Shown here one piece after another: positions 62,732-64,000 of a stretch of 64,000 nucleotides of DNA. The translations under genes and the position numbers were made by a program. The notes beneath the pieces were generated by a model. That model was not told where the DNA came from, did no database searches, and worked only from the letters and a program-made list of their open reading frames with translations. Numbering within the stretch: position 1 is the first letter of the stretch; the number at the start of each line of letters is the position of its first letter. This stretch comes from Clostridia bacterium (GTDB taxonomy: Bacteria > Bacillota > Thermoanaerobacteria > Thermoanaerobacterales > Thermoanaerobacteraceae): the NCBI GenBank assembly GCA_012840485.1, contig DULG01000088.1, positions 12,047-76,046 on the forward strand, given 5' to 3'.

Positions 62732-63535
62732 TTATCGGCTGGCTCCTCCGCCTCCGGCAGAACCTCCGCCGAAGCCTCCCCCGCCGCCAAAACCTCCACC
62801 GCCGAAGCCACCACCTCTAAAGCCTCCAAATCCTCCTGAGCCAAAGCTTCCTGGACCCCACCAGTTTCTTCTTATATTTCTTCCTCCTCTTCCAAAGATA
62901 ATAAATATTAAAATGAGTATAATCACTGCAGCAATATCTTCCCACGATATACCGTTATCATTGCTATTATTTGCATTGATGCTGTATTTAGAAGCATCCA
63001 GTCCTTGAAGGTCTATGTTGTATTCTTTTGCAACCCTTGAAGCCATAGCCATATAGCCTTCGTATATACCTTTTGAATATTCGCCTCTTGCCCAATTAGG
63101 CAATACAAAGTCATCCAAAATCCTTCCTGCTACAGAATCCGGTATTGCCCCTTCCAAGCCATAACCTACATCAATTCTCACTTTACCAGTTTGGCCTTTT
63201 AAAAGTCTATCTTTTACCACTAAAAGGAGAACACCGTTGTTTTTCTCCCTGTCTCCTATTCCCCACTTTCTAAAAAGGCTAAGAGAATATTCCTCTATTG
63301 GGTAATCTCCAATGCTGTCAACTGTAACAACTATTATTTGCGCCTTTGTGGCATCATCTAAAGCTTTCCCTATTCTTTCAATCTCCTCTATATCATTTTG
63401 GGACATGAGCCCCGCATAATCATATACATATCTAAACTGAATAGGTTTAGATGGAACATCAGGAGCACAAAAAGCTATGGAATTAAAAAATAACAGCAAA
63501 AAAGTAATTAAAAATAAGAAAACCCTCCTCTTCAT
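62732..63535 (-). CDS. TPM-domain (YgcG-like) membrane protein with Gly-rich tail
   Basis: VYDYAGLM, WGIGDREKNNGVLLLV, IDVGYGLEG.IPD, GGGSAGGGGASR. Confidence 0.92.
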   Translation of the reverse strand: MKRRVFLFLITFLLLFFNSIAFCAPDVPSKPIQFRYVYDYAGLMSQNDIEEIERIGKALDDATKAQIIVVTVDSIGDYPIEEYSLSLFRKWGIGDREKNNGVLLLVVKDRLLKGQTGKVRIDVGYGLEGAIPDSVAGRILDDFVLPNWARGEYSKGIYEGYMAMASRVAKEYNIDLQGLDASKYSINANNSNDNGISWEDIAAVIILILIFIIFGRGGRNIRRNWWGPGSFGSGGFGGFRGGGFGGGGFGGGGGFGGGSAGGGGASR

Positions 63536-63547
63536 TTTACTTCTCCT

Positions 63548-64000
63548 TTATTTGAAAAAATCTATTTTAGGCACAGTTTTTGCTGCTTCATCTGCTTTAA
63601 AATATTCTCTTTCCTTAAACCCAAACATATTGGCGATGATAGAGGTTGGAAAAGACCTTATCTTGGTGTTATAAGCTTGAACAGCATTGTTATAATCCAT
63701 TCTCGCTACAGCTATTCTGTTTTCAGTTCCTGCTAGTTCATCGCTTAACTGCCTGAAATTTGCATCAGCTTTTAAATTAGGATAATTTTCTGCAATAGCT
63801 AGAAGCCTTCCCAATGCTGTATTTAATTCATCATTTGAAGCTGCTTTTTCAGCAACAGTGTTGGCACTTAAAAGTTTTTCTCTCGCTTTATTTACACTAT
63901 CAAAAATCTCTTTTTCATGTGCTGCATATCCTTTAACAGTCTCTACTAAATTAGGAATTAAATCAGCCCTTCTTTGAAGCTGATTATCAATCTGACTCCA
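63548..64000 (-). CDS. lemA: LemA family protein (5' end beyond the window)
   Basis: WSQIDNQLQRRADLIPNLVETVKGYAAHEK..ENYPNLKAD..ENRIAVAR.DYN..FPTSIIA. Confidence 0.93.
   Translation of the reverse strand, partial: WSQIDNQLQRRADLIPNLVETVKGYAAHEKEIFDSVNKAREKLLSANTVAEKAASNDELNTALGRLLAIAENYPNLKADANFRQLSDELAGTENRIAVARMDYNNAVQAYNTKIRSFPTSIIANMFGFKEREYFKADEAAKTVPKIDFFK

Noticed and set aside
62760-62830. GC-rich CCGCC repeats
   Set aside because: They encode the Gly-rich tail of the TPM protein; not a CRISPR array or mobile repeat.
1-64000. CRISPR arrays, tRNA or rRNA genes
   Set aside because: No regularly spaced repeat-spacer array, cloverleaf or rRNA signature was seen.

Overview
Low-GC Firmicute chromosome segment; the gene content and repeats suggest a Thermoanaerobacter-like thermophilic clostridium (inference). 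1-8 kb: secreted proteins and lipoproteins, an AEC transporter, a CPBP protease and gene remnants. 8.3-19 kb: a dense block of ABC exporters, a PrsW/YhfC-like protease and DUF1648/SdpI-type immunity genes. 19-30.2 kb: an AT-rich island bracketed by two paralogous GAF-LuxR regulators. It holds what looks like an undescribed radical-SAM RiPP cluster: a 43-aa precursor absent from the ORF track (28102-28233, core ...YSCCRKTQRLTID), a stand-alone Lon (S16) protease domain, two intact N-terminally extended rSAM/SPASM enzymes, an ABC exporter, a third frameshifted rSAM/SPASM and an MFS exporter. An 18-bp palindrome (ACTATAC-N4-GTATAGT) sits in identical geometry at three promoters, linking the cluster and the immunity block into one putative regulon. 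30.6-47 kb: glgBCDA, pullulanase, icd, a nucleoside phosphorylase with an ECF transporter, and nfeD-stomatin. 47-61.3 kb: a cobalamin locus whose ring-synthesis genes (cbiT/L/F/G/O) are broken while salvage and nucleotide-loop genes and btuFCD are intact, with two AdoCbl riboswitches. The window ends with an RNA methyltransferase, a TPM-domain protein and a partial lemA. A dispersed GGGGACGGTTC hairpin repeat sits at several deletion scars. All calls come from reading motifs by eye; no database searches were run.
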